Assembly (NCBI GenBank): GCA_032128395.1
Contig: JAQBGV010000193.1
Span: forward strand, 7,764-71,763
Direction: 5' to 3'
From: Planctomycetota bacterium
GTDB taxonomy: Bacteria > Planctomycetota > UBA8108 > UBA1146
Length of the DNA stretch: 64,000 bases
The position numbers and the translations under genes were made by a program. The notes below the pieces were generated by a model, which was given only the letters and a program-made list of their open reading frames with translations, was not told where the DNA came from and did no database searches. Within the stretch, counting starts at the first letter, position 1; each line of letters starts with the position of its first letter. This document shows, in pieces, positions 48,321 to 58,690 of the stretch.

Positions 48321-51046
48321 ACCACCTCCACTTCGATCGCATGCGTCCCCGGGGGAATCGACGCGCGCAACTCGGCGCCGTCGCTCCCCTCTACGATGCG
48401 CGCTTCCGCGCCGCGGATGATCAGGTGCAGCCCCTCTTGCGTGCGGAAGCCGTTCTCATCCGTGAAGATCTGCTTCGACGTGGCGATGCGGAGCTCGACT
48501 CCACGCTTCCCCACCCCACCATCAGCTGGAGCATCACCCCTCGGAACACCCTGCACGATCACCATGTTGCGGACGATCGAAGCCCCCGCGGTCGAGAACC
48601 TCGGGGTGATCCACTCTTCCACGATCGTGTCGGACGCCGCGTGGGCTCGGCGGAACACCGGACGACGATCGGCGTCCTTGCGGACTCCACGGTGGCGCCA
48701 TCCCGCCTCGCGGCCCGATATCTTCGGCCACGCGTCATCCGGGTGGGCGAGCACTGCGACTGCATCACCGGGGGGAAAGTCGAAGGGGTTGCTCCCCTCC
48801 GGGGTCTCGAGTCGCCCCGCCCGACCCTCCCAGGTGCCGCGCGCGTTGATGAAATCCCCGCGCCACGCCTTCGCGAGGTGCGCGTTCTCCGCGTCGTAGG
48901 CGATCGAGATTCGCTCGGGGTACCCGCAGCAGATCACGCGACCGCTCAGTCCCTCGAAGAACGCTCCGAACAGGATCGGTTCTTCGACCGGGATGATGTC
49001 GTAGGCGCTGCGATCGACGACGAGCCCCGCCGGGAGTGGCGCCGCGTCGCCGAGGGCGAGGTAGCTCCACGTCGCGGCGATCTGGCTTGCGGCGGTGCCG
49101 TCGAGCACGTCGGGGAAGAGCTCGATCCCCTCGGCCCAGAAGCTGGGCATCCGGGTCCCCGGGCGCTTCGACTGAGGGTCGAGCATGTACTCGAGGTACC
49201 ACTTCGGCTGCAGTCGCCCTCCGGTGGTCGCCAAGTCGATCGCCGGCTCCCCGAGAGAGGGGTGTCCGGCGAAATCGTGACAATCGATGCAGCGGAAGCC
49301 GTCGCCACCGGAGAGAAGCCGCCCCGCTTCGACCGCGGCATCGGTGAACGCGGGGATGCCGCCGTCGTCGTCGCCACCGTCTTCGCGGTGGAAGAGTTCG
49401 GCGAGGTCGGAGGCGATCTCCGGCGAGTACTCGGGCATCCGCGTATTCATGTAGGGTCGGACCGGAGCGCCCACACCGATCACTTTCTCTATCCAGTCGC
49501 GCCGGAGTTTCGCGCCGACTCCGGTCAGGTCGGGAGGGAGCCGCCCTTCGTCGCCGAGCTCGGCGGTGCCGGTGAAGCGCGGGTAGGTATCGGCGGTCGG
49601 ACCGCCAAAACCCTCGCGGGCGTGGCAGCTCTTGCAGCCGAGGGAGTCCAGGGAGATCGCGAGGCGGGTCGCATCGTCCGCGGGGACACGAAAGGCGTCC
49701 CGCGAACGGAGGAGGGCGACGATCCCATCGCGCGTCGAGGGGTCGAGCGGAAACCGCGGAGCGCGGGAATCGGCCGGAGGGTCCGGGTCGAGACAACCGA
49801 CCGCTTCCGCCGGCAGCGCAGCCAGGGTCGGAGCTCGCTCGGCGGAGACGCCCCGGTCATGGCACGCGGCACAGCCGAGGGAGAGGTAGAGGCGCTGACC
49901 TTGCGAACGAAGGGTGCGGTCGATCTTCTGGTCCGTGGCGCTCGGTTGGTAGGCGGCGCTGCGCACGCGGAGCGCCTTCACCGGAATCTCCGCCGGATTC
50001 GGTTGGTCGGGCCCGCTCCAGAGAAGGGAGAGCTCCTCCCCGCCACCGTACTCGAACATCGTCACCCGGATCGAGTGCCACCCGGCGTCGAGTTCGAGCG
50101 TTCCGCTCGCGCTCGACGGCGAGTGCATCCCGTCGTGCTCGATCACCGGAGCCTCGTCGATCCACAGCCGCGATCCATCGTCCGAGGTCAGCGTGAAGGT
50201 CCAGATCCCCTGCTTCGGGATGTCGATCTCTCCATCGAGCGCGACCCCGAAGTACTCTTCCCGATGACCGACGGGGAGACCGATCTTCGTCGCGACGCCA
50301 TCGCGCACGGGGGTCGCCCTTTCGAGGTCGGGACCACAGTTCGAAAACACTCCCTCGTAGTACCGCTCGCGCAGCCCGGTCACCATCCGCACCAAGGGGT
50401 TCCCGTCCGCATCCCGCGACTGATCCTCGAGCAGGTACAGCGCGATCGCTCGTACCTCCTTCTCGGAGAGGCGGAGCGATGGCATGAAACCCGAGGGGAA
50501 CAGTTCCGCAGGATTGTGGATGACATCGGACACGTGGCGATAATTCGTCTTGGCCGCGAGTCGGGTTCGCCACCCTGGAACACTGTGGTGGCAGGCTCGG
50601 CAGCCGATTTCGTCGAAGAGACGGCGGCCGAGCTCCGCTTCGCGGGGGTCCGCGCCGATCGCGCTGCGGTCGAACTTGCCGCCGCGGCTCGCGAGGAAGT
50701 GAACGAGAGCTTCGACCGAATCGGCTCGCTCCTCCGCGGGCACCCCCGCGAGAACGTTCGGCATCCTAGTGCCGGGCTTGGTCTTCCACGGATCGGCGAG
50801 GAATCCGCTCAAGTGCGCGGCGGTGTACCGCGGCCCCGCCGTGTGGAGGTTCGGGGCGGGGACCGGAGCGAGGCGCTCCGCGATCGCACCCTCGGCGCGG
50901 TGGCACGCCAGACAGGCATGCTCCCGGACTGCGCGCTCGGCAGCCAGAACGGAGCGATCGATGTGCGCATCGGGGGCCTGACCGTCGAGAGAACCGACGA
51001 GGAGAAACAGGACGAGTAGTGTGAGCGAGAACGGGTGGACCGCCAC
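48314..51046 (-). CDS. multiheme c-type cytochrome domain protein (five CxxCH)
   Basis: CLACH, CRACHH, CAACHD, CKSCHA and CIDCHD. Signal peptide VAVHPFSLTLLVLFLLVGSLDGQA. Start chosen at GTG 51046 (SD AGGAG 5 nt upstream); the track ATG at 51157 has no SD and would leave only 61 nt to the divergent M16 gene. Confidence 0.65.
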   Translation of the reverse strand: MAVHPFSLTLLVLFLLVGSLDGQAPDAHIDRSVLAAERAVREHACLACHRAEGAIAERLAPVPAPNLHTAGPRYTAAHLSGFLADPWKTKPGTRMPNVLAGVPAEERADSVEALVHFLASRGGKFDRSAIGADPREAELGRRLFDEIGCRACHHSVPGWRTRLAAKTNYRHVSDVIHNPAELFPSGFMPSLRLSEKEVRAIALYLLEDQSRDADGNPLVRMVTGLRERYYEGVFSNCGPDLERATPVRDGVATKIGLPVGHREEYFGVALDGEIDIPKQGIWTFTLTSDDGSRLWIDEAPVIEHDGMHSPSSASGTLELDAGWHSIRVTMFEYGGGEELSLLWSGPDQPNPAEIPVKALRVRSAAYQPSATDQKIDRTLRSQGQRLYLSLGCAACHDRGVSAERAPTLAALPAEAVGCLDPDPPADSRAPRFPLDPSTRDGIVALLRSRDAFRVPADDATRLAISLDSLGCKSCHAREGFGGPTADTYPRFTGTAELGDEGRLPPDLTGVGAKLRRDWIEKVIGVGAPVRPYMNTRMPEYSPEIASDLAELFHREDGGDDDGGIPAFTDAAVEAGRLLSGGDGFRCIDCHDFAGHPSLGEPAIDLATTGGRLQPKWYLEYMLDPQSKRPGTRMPSFWAEGIELFPDVLDGTAASQIAATWSYLALGDAAPLPAGLVVDRSAYDIIPVEEPILFGAFFEGLSGRVICCGYPERISIAYDAENAHLAKAWRGDFINARGTWEGRAGRLETPEGSNPFDFPPGDAVAVLAHPDDAWPKISGREAGWRHRGVRKDADRRPVFRRAHAASDTIVEEWITPRFSTAGASIVRNMVIVQGVPRGDAPADGGVGKRGVELRIATSKQIFTDENGFRTQEGLHLIIRGAEARIVEGSDGAELRASIPPGTHAIEVEVVW

Positions 51047-51218
51047 GAAGACTCCTGGTGCAAGCGGGGGACCTCGGCGTTCACCCACGAATGGCGAACA
51101 CCAGCGCCTGAACCTATCAGAATCACGCGAATCGGGGAAGTCGGCGGGGGTCGCCATGGCGTTCGGTACGGGCCTCGGTCACGATGTACTCGACCTCGAT
51201 GCGAAGGGAGTCTGGCCG

Positions 51219-52580
51219 ATGCAGAGCACTTTCACGACCATGGGACGCTGCGCCGCGCGGATCGCGGCAACCGTCATCATCCTCGCCTGCCTCTCCCCCT
51301 CCGCGCTCCCCGCGCAAGAGCTGCGGTTTCCCCTCGAGAACGGACTGCGGGTCATTCTCATCCCCGCCGGGGAGATCCCGCTGACGCCGAAGTCGCGGGT
51401 GGCGGTCGTGATGCTCTTCGACATCGGAGAGTCGCACGACTCGGAGGGTCGCGCGGGGATGGCTCACCTGGTCGAGCATCTCTATGTCACCTCGGCGGCG
51501 GGGGACGCCCCCGCACGGACCGCCGAGGAGTGGTTCCAACGGCACGAGGGACAGGCGAACGCACAGACCGGCCGGGACTACACGGTGATCGCCGCCGTCG
51601 CCTCACCGGACCGGCTCGAAACAGAGCTCCAAGACGCTGCCGCGCGACTCGGGGGGGTCCGGGTCGAATCCGCCGACCTCGAGCGGGAACTCCCCCGGAT
51701 GCGACTCGAACTCGCGAACATGTACGGCGGGATCCCATCGCTCGCGGCCCGCAACCGAGCGCACAATGCGATCGATCCGCTCCCGGGGGGCGTGCCCAAG
51801 GGCGGGGATGTCCGGCAGCTCGAGGGGATCGAGATCGATGAGATCCGGGCGCGGATCCGGGTGCACTACGTCCCGGAGCGTGCGCGCTTGATCGTTGCGG
51901 GAGCGTTCTCGGCGGAGGAGACCCGAGCGAAGATCGAGGAGCTGTTCGGGAAGATCCCTCGACCCGATCTCGAACCACTCCCGCTCCGGAACCCCCCGAA
52001 GTCCAGGGTCGGAGAGCAGATCCAAGTCGCCACGGGAGGCGCTTCCTCCCCGCGAGTGGTCGCCCGCCTCTGGGCCGCTCCCGCACTGACCGAGGCCGGG
52101 GCGGCCGCGTACCTCCTCTACGGTGCGAAGTTCCTGCAGGTCGCGCCGGCGCACGGGGTGACCCCGGTGTTCACGCCGATCGACGACCCCCGCGTCTTCG
52201 GCGGAATCGTGACCGCCGCAGAGGGAGAGAGTGCCGCCGCAGCACTCGGTCACATCGATCGCGCGCTCGCCGCCGCCCTCAAGGTCGAGGGTCCGATCCC
52301 CCGGCAGTGGGCGGAGCGATCCCTCGACAACCTGCTCTCGCTGCGCCCACCCACCCCCATCATGATCGCGACGAACCCGTACCTCGTCGCCTTCGGGGTG
52401 GGCCGTCGAGCACAGCTCGGACTCGATCGCGATGCGCTCGTCACGGGGATCTCGGAGGCGTCGGAAGAAGACCTGGCGAAGCTGCGGGAGACCACGCTCC
52501 ACTCTGCTCGGTCGGTGACCGTATCGATCGGCTTCCCCTCGACGAGTTCCACCCCGAAGAGTGAAGGAAACGAAGAATAA
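51219..52580 (+). CDS. M16-family (pitrilysin/insulinase-like) zinc peptidase, secreted
   Basis: Inverted zincin motif HLVEHL (HxxEH). Signal peptide MQSTFTTMGRCAARIAATVIILACLSPSALPAQ. SD AAGGGAG. Confidence 0.7.
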   Translation: MQSTFTTMGRCAARIAATVIILACLSPSALPAQELRFPLENGLRVILIPAGEIPLTPKSRVAVVMLFDIGESHDSEGRAGMAHLVEHLYVTSAAGDAPARTAEEWFQRHEGQANAQTGRDYTVIAAVASPDRLETELQDAAARLGGVRVESADLERELPRMRLELANMYGGIPSLAARNRAHNAIDPLPGGVPKGGDVRQLEGIEIDEIRARIRVHYVPERARLIVAGAFSAEETRAKIEELFGKIPRPDLEPLPLRNPPKSRVGEQIQVATGGASSPRVVARLWAAPALTEAGAAAYLLYGAKFLQVAPAHGVTPVFTPIDDPRVFGGIVTAAEGESAAAALGHIDRALAAALKVEGPIPRQWAERSLDNLLSLRPPTPIMIATNPYLVAFGVGRRAQLGLDRDALVTGISEASEEDLAKLRETTLHSARSVTVSIGFPSTSSTPKSEGNEE

Positions 52581-52620
52581 CCTCGCAGAACCGAGCGCGG
52601 TCGACACCGACCGTCTCGCT

Positions 52621-52660
52621 CCCCGTGCCGATCCCCGTGCCGATCCCCGTGCCGATCCCA
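52621..52660. repeat. 12-bp tandem repeat (CCCCGTGCCGAT) x3.3 between convergent genes
   Basis: Direct reading at 52621-52660. Confidence 0.8.
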
Positions 52661-52727
52661 CAGTAGCGAGAGATAGGACTGGCATCCTCTTCGGTGAGGC
52701 AGTTCCCCCCCCGCATCACGAGAAGGG

Positions 52728-53993
52728 CTACGTCACCTGATGCAGGTGCACGTCCCGCTGCGGGAACGGGATCGAAATCCCCTCCGCATCGAACTGCTCC
52801 TTCACGGCGCGCGTCACGTCCCAGAAGACATCCCAGTAGTCCGATGTCTTCGCCCACGGTCGACAGATGAAATTCACCGAAGAGTCCCCCAGGGCGTGAA
52901 CCTTGATCTGCGGTTCCGGATCTTCGAGGACCATGGGGTGCGCTTCGACGATCCGCCGAAGAACCGCCTCCGCCTTGGCGATATCATCGCCGTAGCCGAT
53001 CCCGAACTGCATGTCGACCCGACGCTGCGTATTGCCGGTGACGTTGCGGATCACGCCGCCCCAGACCGAGCCGTTGGGGACGATGATGCGCTGGTTGTCC
53101 GGGGTGAGGAACCGGGTCGAGACCAGGGAGATATCCTCGATCTTCCCCATCACGCCGGCCGCCTCGACCACGTCCCCGATCTCGAACGGCCGGTACATCA
53201 ATATCAGGATCCCCGCTGCGAAGTTGCCGAGCGTCTCCTGCAACGCGAACCCGAGCACGAACCCCCCGACCCCGATCGCGGCGATGAACGGTCCGATGTC
53301 GACCCCGAGCACCGAGAGCGCGATGACCACCCCGAGGATGAATACCGTCTTCTTGGCCATGCCGGTGAAGAACCGTCGCAGCCCCTCGCTGATTTTCAGC
53401 TTGCTCCGACGCAGTGCCGCGCCGGTGATCCCCGAGGCGAGACCGGCGAAGAAACGAAACACGATCAGGGTGAGCAGTGCGAGTCCGATCCTCTTCGCCC
53501 AGAGGATCCCCCCCTCCGCCGACTTCAACCAATTGAGAAGCGCTGAAGTCGCCGCGCCGGCGTCGGCGGTGTCCGCCAGGATCCCCGAGACTGCTCCGTA
53601 ATAGGCTCGGTACTTCAGGCCATCGCCGCCCTTCTTCTCGAGCGCGAGAAATGCCGCCTCGAATCGTTCGAGCAATGCGGTCTTCTCGGCCGAGAACGCG
53701 GTGACCCGCTCGGTGAGGGGGGCGGTGACCGCCACATCGTCTCCGGCCGCCCGGATGAGGATGTTCGTCTCGGCGATCTCGGCGATCTTGTCACGAACCA
53801 GTCGTTGCCAGGCGTCGACCTCGGCCACCAGTTCGTCGGCGGTCGGTGCGCGGAGCTTGTCCCCGAGATCGAGTAGAGAAATTGCTGGGTCAGCCGTCGT
53901 CTGCGGCTGAAGATCGTCGCCTTGGGCGATCGCGATCGTGGGCGAGAGTCCGACGAGCGCGAGGAGGAGCGGGAGAGCCCAGTTCTTTCGCAT
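52728..53993 (-). CDS. mechanosensitive ion channel MscS family with periplasmic N-terminal domain
   Basis: Signal peptide MRKNWALPLLLALVGLSPTIAIAQG, TM helices, and the MscS core ...FEIGDVVEAAGVMGKIEDISLVSTRFLTPDNQRIIVPNGSV.... Confidence 0.85.
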   Translation of the reverse strand: MRKNWALPLLLALVGLSPTIAIAQGDDLQPQTTADPAISLLDLGDKLRAPTADELVAEVDAWQRLVRDKIAEIAETNILIRAAGDDVAVTAPLTERVTAFSAEKTALLERFEAAFLALEKKGGDGLKYRAYYGAVSGILADTADAGAATSALLNWLKSAEGGILWAKRIGLALLTLIVFRFFAGLASGITGAALRRSKLKISEGLRRFFTGMAKKTVFILGVVIALSVLGVDIGPFIAAIGVGGFVLGFALQETLGNFAAGILILMYRPFEIGDVVEAAGVMGKIEDISLVSTRFLTPDNQRIIVPNGSVWGGVIRNVTGNTQRRVDMQFGIGYGDDIAKAEAVLRRIVEAHPMVLEDPEPQIKVHALGDSSVNFICRPWAKTSDYWDVFWDVTRAVKEQFDAEGISIPFPQRDVHLHQVT

Positions 53994-54012
53994 CGTGGTG
54001 TCCCCGATCTGA

Positions 54013-55050
54013 TCAGAAGGAGAAGGCGTAGCCGAGCCCGAGCAAGTATTCGGAGTCGGTCCGATCCTTGCCCGCGGCCGGGGTGTTGTCCCACTTGAAG
54101 TTCAACTGCAGCGAAGCGAAGAAGTTCGCGATCAGCGTGAAACGCAGGCCCGTCCTCGTCTCCACCTGCATGTCGTCCACGTTCTCGAGGCTCCAGAACA
54201 CCTCGTGGAAGTGAAAGAGTGTGATGCGATGGGCGACCACGACCCAGTCGACCTTCCCGCTGATGCGGCTCGATGCCCGTTCGTCGGACACCCCGCCGTC
54301 GAAGTCCTCGTCGATGTACGAGGCCCCCAACTCCTCGTAGAACTTCAGATCGGGGCGATCGTAGAACTGATACCCACCGCCGGCGCCCACGGTGGTGCGC
54401 AGATCGAGATCTGCGAACTCGTCCCCCTCGAGGGATCCGTTGCCGTAGGCGAAGAGTCGGTCGGTGAAGAAGTAGTCGTACTTTCCACGCCCCTGCGCGT
54501 TGCGCTGGGAGACCTGGCCGCCCTCCTCGGAGTAGTTCCACGCTCCGAACACGGTGAGACGGCCCTTCTCGGTCCTCCGGATGACCTCTGCGAACGAAGC
54601 CAACGTCTCCGTTTTCGTGTTCCCTTCGGTGGCCTTGGCGCTCAAGGTGATGTTCCCGTCGTAGCGGACGGGTTTCACTTTCGGAGGATCGATCGCGGTG
54701 ATCTCCGCGAGCTCGAACGGTTGCGGCCCTCGATCGGTCACGAACTGGGGATCTTCGCCAGGCGAAACGAGGAACCGCCCTCGACGAACGCTGCCATCCG
54801 TGAACACCGCGGTGTGGCTCTCGTCGGTAGCAAGGGTCATCACGTTCGCGAAGGGTACCTCGACCTTCCCCGCGGACCCCTCCGCGATCGTCAACGTCCC
54901 TCCGGAGAGACTGGTGATGCGGCCGAGGATCCTGGTTCCATCCTTGAAGACGACCTCATCGGCGCCGGCCGTTGAAGGGGCGATCACAGAGGGGGCGACC
55001 AGAACCACCGACAGAAGAAGACACCCGATCGGCCTTGAGAATCGAGACAT
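54013..55050 (-). CDS. DUF481-family outer-membrane beta-barrel protein
   Basis: Signal peptide MSRFSRPIGCLLLSVVLVAPSVIAPSTAGA. C-terminal beta-barrel ending ...YLLGLGYAFSF, with a terminal Phe. Confidence 0.65.
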   Translation of the reverse strand: MSRFSRPIGCLLLSVVLVAPSVIAPSTAGADEVVFKDGTRILGRITSLSGGTLTIAEGSAGKVEVPFANVMTLATDESHTAVFTDGSVRRGRFLVSPGEDPQFVTDRGPQPFELAEITAIDPPKVKPVRYDGNITLSAKATEGNTKTETLASFAEVIRRTEKGRLTVFGAWNYSEEGGQVSQRNAQGRGKYDYFFTDRLFAYGNGSLEGDEFADLDLRTTVGAGGGYQFYDRPDLKFYEELGASYIDEDFDGGVSDERASSRISGKVDWVVVAHRITLFHFHEVFWSLENVDDMQVETRTGLRFTLIANFFASLQLNFKWDNTPAAGKDRTDSEYLLGLGYAFSF

Positions 55051-55249
55051 CGGAGTTCCCTGTCTGCATTCAATTTGTGGGTGAGTCGCCACCAGTCCGG
55101 CATGAATCGCCGGCGGGCCAGTCGGGAGTGTACCTGGCGAGGCTGGCGGGCTCCACCGAAAGCCACAACGAGGTGTCGAGTTGCTGGAAGCGACCCTACC
55201 CGGTAGTCTCCCCCGCTCTGGACTAGATCCCATCGAAAGGAATCGAAAG

Positions 55250-55855
55250 ATGATGACCCCGTGGATGACGCGTCGCTCCGCTCCGCTCGTCGCGGTCGCG
55301 CTCGCGCTCGCGCTCGTTCTCGCCACTCCTCTTGCCGCCGAGGACTACGAGATCGACGCCGTGCACAGCTCGGTGGTCTTCAAGATCGTTCACGCGAACA
55401 CCTCCGAATTCTTCGGACGATTCAACGATGTCAGCGGCGGGCTGACCTTCGATGAGAAGAATCTGAAGGAGTGCCGGATCCGAGCGGTCGTGAGAACGGC
55501 GAGCGTCGACACCAATAGCGGAGATCGCGACCAGCACGTCCGCAGCGAGGATTTCCTCAGCGCCGAGGCCCACCCCGAGATCGTCTTCGAGGGGACCGGA
55601 TTCAAGAAGGGGAAGGAGAAGGACTCCTACTCGGTGAAGGGAAAGCTGAGCTTCCGCGGGGTGACCAAGGATCTCGAGGTCACGGTGAAGAAGGTCGGCA
55701 CCGGGGAGTTCCCCCCCGGTGTGAAGCGGATCGGATTCAGCTGCACCTTCACGGTGAAGCGCACCGAATTCGGAAACAACACCATGACGAACATGCTCAG
55801 CGACGAAGTCGAGATCACGGTCGGGATCGAAGCGAAGCTTCCCAAGAAGGAATAG
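55250..55855 (+). CDS. YceI-family periplasmic protein
   Basis: Signal peptide plus YceI pattern (YEIDAVHSSVVFKIVH...FGRFNDVSGGLTFDE...GKLSFRGVTKDLEVTV). Confidence 0.8.
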   Translation: MMTPWMTRRSAPLVAVALALALVLATPLAAEDYEIDAVHSSVVFKIVHANTSEFFGRFNDVSGGLTFDEKNLKECRIRAVVRTASVDTNSGDRDQHVRSEDFLSAEAHPEIVFEGTGFKKGKEKDSYSVKGKLSFRGVTKDLEVTVKKVGTGEFPPGVKRIGFSCTFTVKRTEFGNNTMTNMLSDEVEITVGIEAKLPKKE

Positions 55856-55905
55856 GGGCTCGCCCAATCCGTGCGGGACTGTCCCGACGGTCGGCTGCTC
55901 CACCA

Positions 55906-56481
55906 TCACGCCCCGAACGCGATTCTGAAGAGTCGTCGCACGGAATCGTCGCTCTCGATCGTCTCGAGCTCCGCGGAGGTGAACCACCCCAGGGCGAGCG
56001 ATTCATCGCTCGCGGCCTCCCGCACACCTGCCGGGGCAAAGATCTGGAACCGAACGTCGAGGTGCAGATGCTCCGGTTCCGATCCACGGATCGGGATCGT
56101 ATGGATGTCGAGATCGACCGGACAGGGATCGATCGCGAGATCCGCGATTCCTGACTCTTCCGTCGCCTCCCGCAGCGCACTCGCCGCGAGATTGCCGTTC
56201 CCGTCGCAGTGTCCGCCGAGCTGGAGCCATCGCCCGAGCTTGCGATGATGCGTGAGCAATGCGCGCTCACCCCGGGAGTCGATCACCATACCCGATGCGG
56301 TCAGGTGCCCCGGGAGGCAGCTGCGAAGCAGCGCGTCCGGGTGCGCGTCGATGAACTCCAGCACCCGCTCTCGCTCGCGGATCTGCGCGGAACCTTCGGG
56401 GGAGTACCCCGCGACGATCGACCGCGCGACGGCGAGATCACCCCGGCCGAGTCGTGCATCGCCAGCTCTCCGCAGCTCCAT
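55906..56481 (-). CDS. NUDIX hydrolase
   Basis: Nudix box GHCDGNGNLAASALREATEESGI (Gx5Ex7REUxEExGU). Confidence 0.75.
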   Translation of the reverse strand: MELRRAGDARLGRGDLAVARSIVAGYSPEGSAQIRERERVLEFIDAHPDALLRSCLPGHLTASGMVIDSRGERALLTHHRKLGRWLQLGGHCDGNGNLAASALREATEESGIADLAIDPCPVDLDIHTIPIRGSEPEHLHLDVRFQIFAPAGVREAASDESLALGWFTSAELETIESDDSVRRLFRIAFGA

Positions 56482-56484
56482 CGC

Positions 56485-57789
56485 CTAGCTCTCGCTCTCT
56501 GGTTCGGACGCGGAAGCGGCGCCTCCTTCTCTCGCGATGATCAGCCGCGCTCCCCGCCCATAGGTGAGGTAACTCCAGGTCCAGTCGAGGAGCACCGCCA
56601 GGCGATTTCGGAACCCGATCAAGAACACCAGGTGGATGCAGAGCCACGCGAGCCAGGCGATGAAGCCGGTCAGCTTGTGCTCGCCGATCTCGGCGATCGC
56701 CGCGCTCCGGCCGATCGTCGCCATGTTCCCCCGATCGACATAGCGAAACGGCACTCGTTCGCGCCCCTCTGAAGCGATGATGCGACCGACATGCCGCCCC
56801 TGTTGCATCGCGACCGGAGCGACTCCGGGAAGCGGTCGGCCCTCTTCGTCATCGAACCGAGCGATGTCCCCGATCGCGAACACCTCGGGGTATCCGGGAA
56901 GCGAGAGAGCGGGTTCGACGATCCATCGCCCGCCGCGATCGCGGGGCAGCTCGTGCCCATCGGTCAACTCGGAGGCTCGCACTCCCGCCGCCCAGAGCAC
57001 AGTGCCGGCGTCGATCCGCTCCTCCCCCAGTTCGACCCCGCGTTCGTCGATCGCGGTGACCCTCTCGCCGGTGCGGACTTCGACCCCCATCCGCTCGAGT
57101 GTCTTGCGGGCTCCCGCCGAGAGCGTGGCATCGAAGCTTCCGAGGATCCGCTCCTCTCCCTCGAGAAGGACGATCCGAGCAGAACCCGGACGAATTTCGC
57201 GGAAGTCACGGGCGAGGACGAAACGAGAGATCTCGGCGAGTGCGCCGGCGAGTTCGACCCCGGTCGGTCCTCCTCCCACCACCACGAACGTCATCCGTTC
57301 GCGGCGCCGGTCGCTGTCCCGTTCCCGCTCCGCCGCCTCGAAGGCGGTGAGCACGCGGTGGCGGATCGCGAGCGCATCCTCGACCGTCTTCAGGCCGAGA
57401 GCGAACTGAGACCACTCCTCCCGCCCGAAATAGAAGGTCCGCGCCCCTGCCGCGACGACCAACCAGTCGTAGGGGATTTCGCGGAACCGGAGGTTGGAGG
57501 GAGCGAGCGCGACGACTCGGCGGTCGAGATCGATCCCGGTGACATCGGCGAGATATACCGTGGTGTTCCGCTGCCGCCGGACGATCGAACGGATCGGGGC
57601 CGCGATGTCCGCCGGGCTGAGCCCCGCCATCGCGACCTGGTAGAGGAGCGGCTGAAAGAGATGGTGGTTCGTGCGGTCGAGGATCGTGATCCGCACCGGC
57701 GCCCGGCGTAGCGACCGCGCGACCGCCAATCCGCCGAACCCGCCTCCGATGATCACGACGTGGGGGGGGGAATCGGGGCGGTCCGGCAT
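56485..57789 (-). CDS. ndh: type II NADH:quinone oxidoreductase (NDH-2)
   Basis: Two Rossmann GxGxxG motifs (VVIIGGGFGGLAVA; FVVVGGGPTGVELAGAL). Start at MPDRPDSPPHVVIIGGG; it is separated by GA from the upstream TGA. Confidence 0.85.
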   Translation of the reverse strand: MPDRPDSPPHVVIIGGGFGGLAVARSLRRAPVRITILDRTNHHLFQPLLYQVAMAGLSPADIAAPIRSIVRRQRNTTVYLADVTGIDLDRRVVALAPSNLRFREIPYDWLVVAAGARTFYFGREEWSQFALGLKTVEDALAIRHRVLTAFEAAERERDSDRRRERMTFVVVGGGPTGVELAGALAEISRFVLARDFREIRPGSARIVLLEGEERILGSFDATLSAGARKTLERMGVEVRTGERVTAIDERGVELGEERIDAGTVLWAAGVRASELTDGHELPRDRGGRWIVEPALSLPGYPEVFAIGDIARFDDEEGRPLPGVAPVAMQQGRHVGRIIASEGRERVPFRYVDRGNMATIGRSAAIAEIGEHKLTGFIAWLAWLCIHLVFLIGFRNRLAVLLDWTWSYLTYGRGARLIIAREGGAASASEPESES

Positions 57790-57790
57790 C

Positions 57791-58690
57791 TCAGCGACCG
57801 CGGAAGAGGTTTCGGACCACATGCCCCGCGATCTGCGGATTCTCCCGGAGGCGGCGCGACGAGTACGCGTACCACTCCTCGCCGAAGGGGACGTAGACCC
57901 GCAGCGGATGGCCGGCGGAGACGAGTTCGGTACGAATCGATTCGGTGACCCCGAGGAGCATCTGGAACTCGTACCGCTCCTTCGGAAGTTCGTGCTCGCG
58001 AATCAGATCGAGCGCCGCGTCGATCAGAGGGCGATCGTGAGTGGCGATCGCGACCTTCTCCGCGCCGCCTTCGATGAGCTGACCCAAGATCGCGATGTAC
58101 GCTTGCCGGACCTCATCCCGACCCTGCAGGGCGACTTCCGGGGGCTCGACGTAGATCCCCTTGCAGAGCCGAATGTGCGTCCGACCCTCGGCGAGCAGTC
58201 TCGCGACGTCCCCTGGAGTGCGCCTCAGACAGGCCTGCAGCACCGCGCCGACCGCCTTCGACCGCTGGCGCATCTCCCGGTAGATGTCGAGGGTCCACTG
58301 CGTGACCTGGGAGCCCTCCATATCGATCCGAACGAAGTTTCGCCGATCCTCGGCCGCCGCGACCAGGTCGCGCATCACCGAACGGCAGAGCTCCGGGTCG
58401 AATTGCAGTCCCATCTGGGAGAGCTTCACCGAGATGTTGCAGTTGAGCTGGTGGCTCTCGATCTCCGCGAGGGAACGCAGGTAGAGGTCACGGCTGGCGA
58501 TCGCCTGGGTGGAGTCGGTCGAATCTTCCCCGAGCACATCGAGGGTCGCGGACATCCCCTGGGCGTTCAGATCGCGCACGCAGGCGATCGCGTCGGCGAG
58601 GCTGGTGCCCGCGATGTACCGTCGAGAGATGCGCCAGACCAGCGGTCGGGGAACGAGCGGCAACAGGGTGACCAAGGCCCGGTTCAGCAT
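57791..58690 (-). CDS. proline dehydrogenase family protein
   Basis: PRODH TIM-barrel pattern (ISVKLSQMGL, RIDMEGSQVTQWTLDIY, HIRLCKGIYVEPPE, YEFQMLLGV). Start at MLNRALV; the track N-terminus is acidic/Arg-rich read-through. Confidence 0.7.
   Translation of the reverse strand: MLNRALVTLLPLVPRPLVWRISRRYIAGTSLADAIACVRDLNAQGMSATLDVLGEDSTDSTQAIASRDLYLRSLAEIESHQLNCNISVKLSQMGLQFDPELCRSVMRDLVAAAEDRRNFVRIDMEGSQVTQWTLDIYREMRQRSKAVGAVLQACLRRTPGDVARLLAEGRTHIRLCKGIYVEPPEVALQGRDEVRQAYIAILGQLIEGGAEKVAIATHDRPLIDAALDLIREHELPKERYEFQMLLGVTESIRTELVSAGHPLRVYVPFGEEWYAYSSRRLRENPQIAGHVVRNLFRGR

Noticed and set aside
51047-51157. Upstream ATG (51157) start for the multiheme cytochrome
   Set aside because: No SD, and it would leave only a 61-nt divergent gap. 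GTG 51046 with AGGAG is preferred, but this is uncertain.
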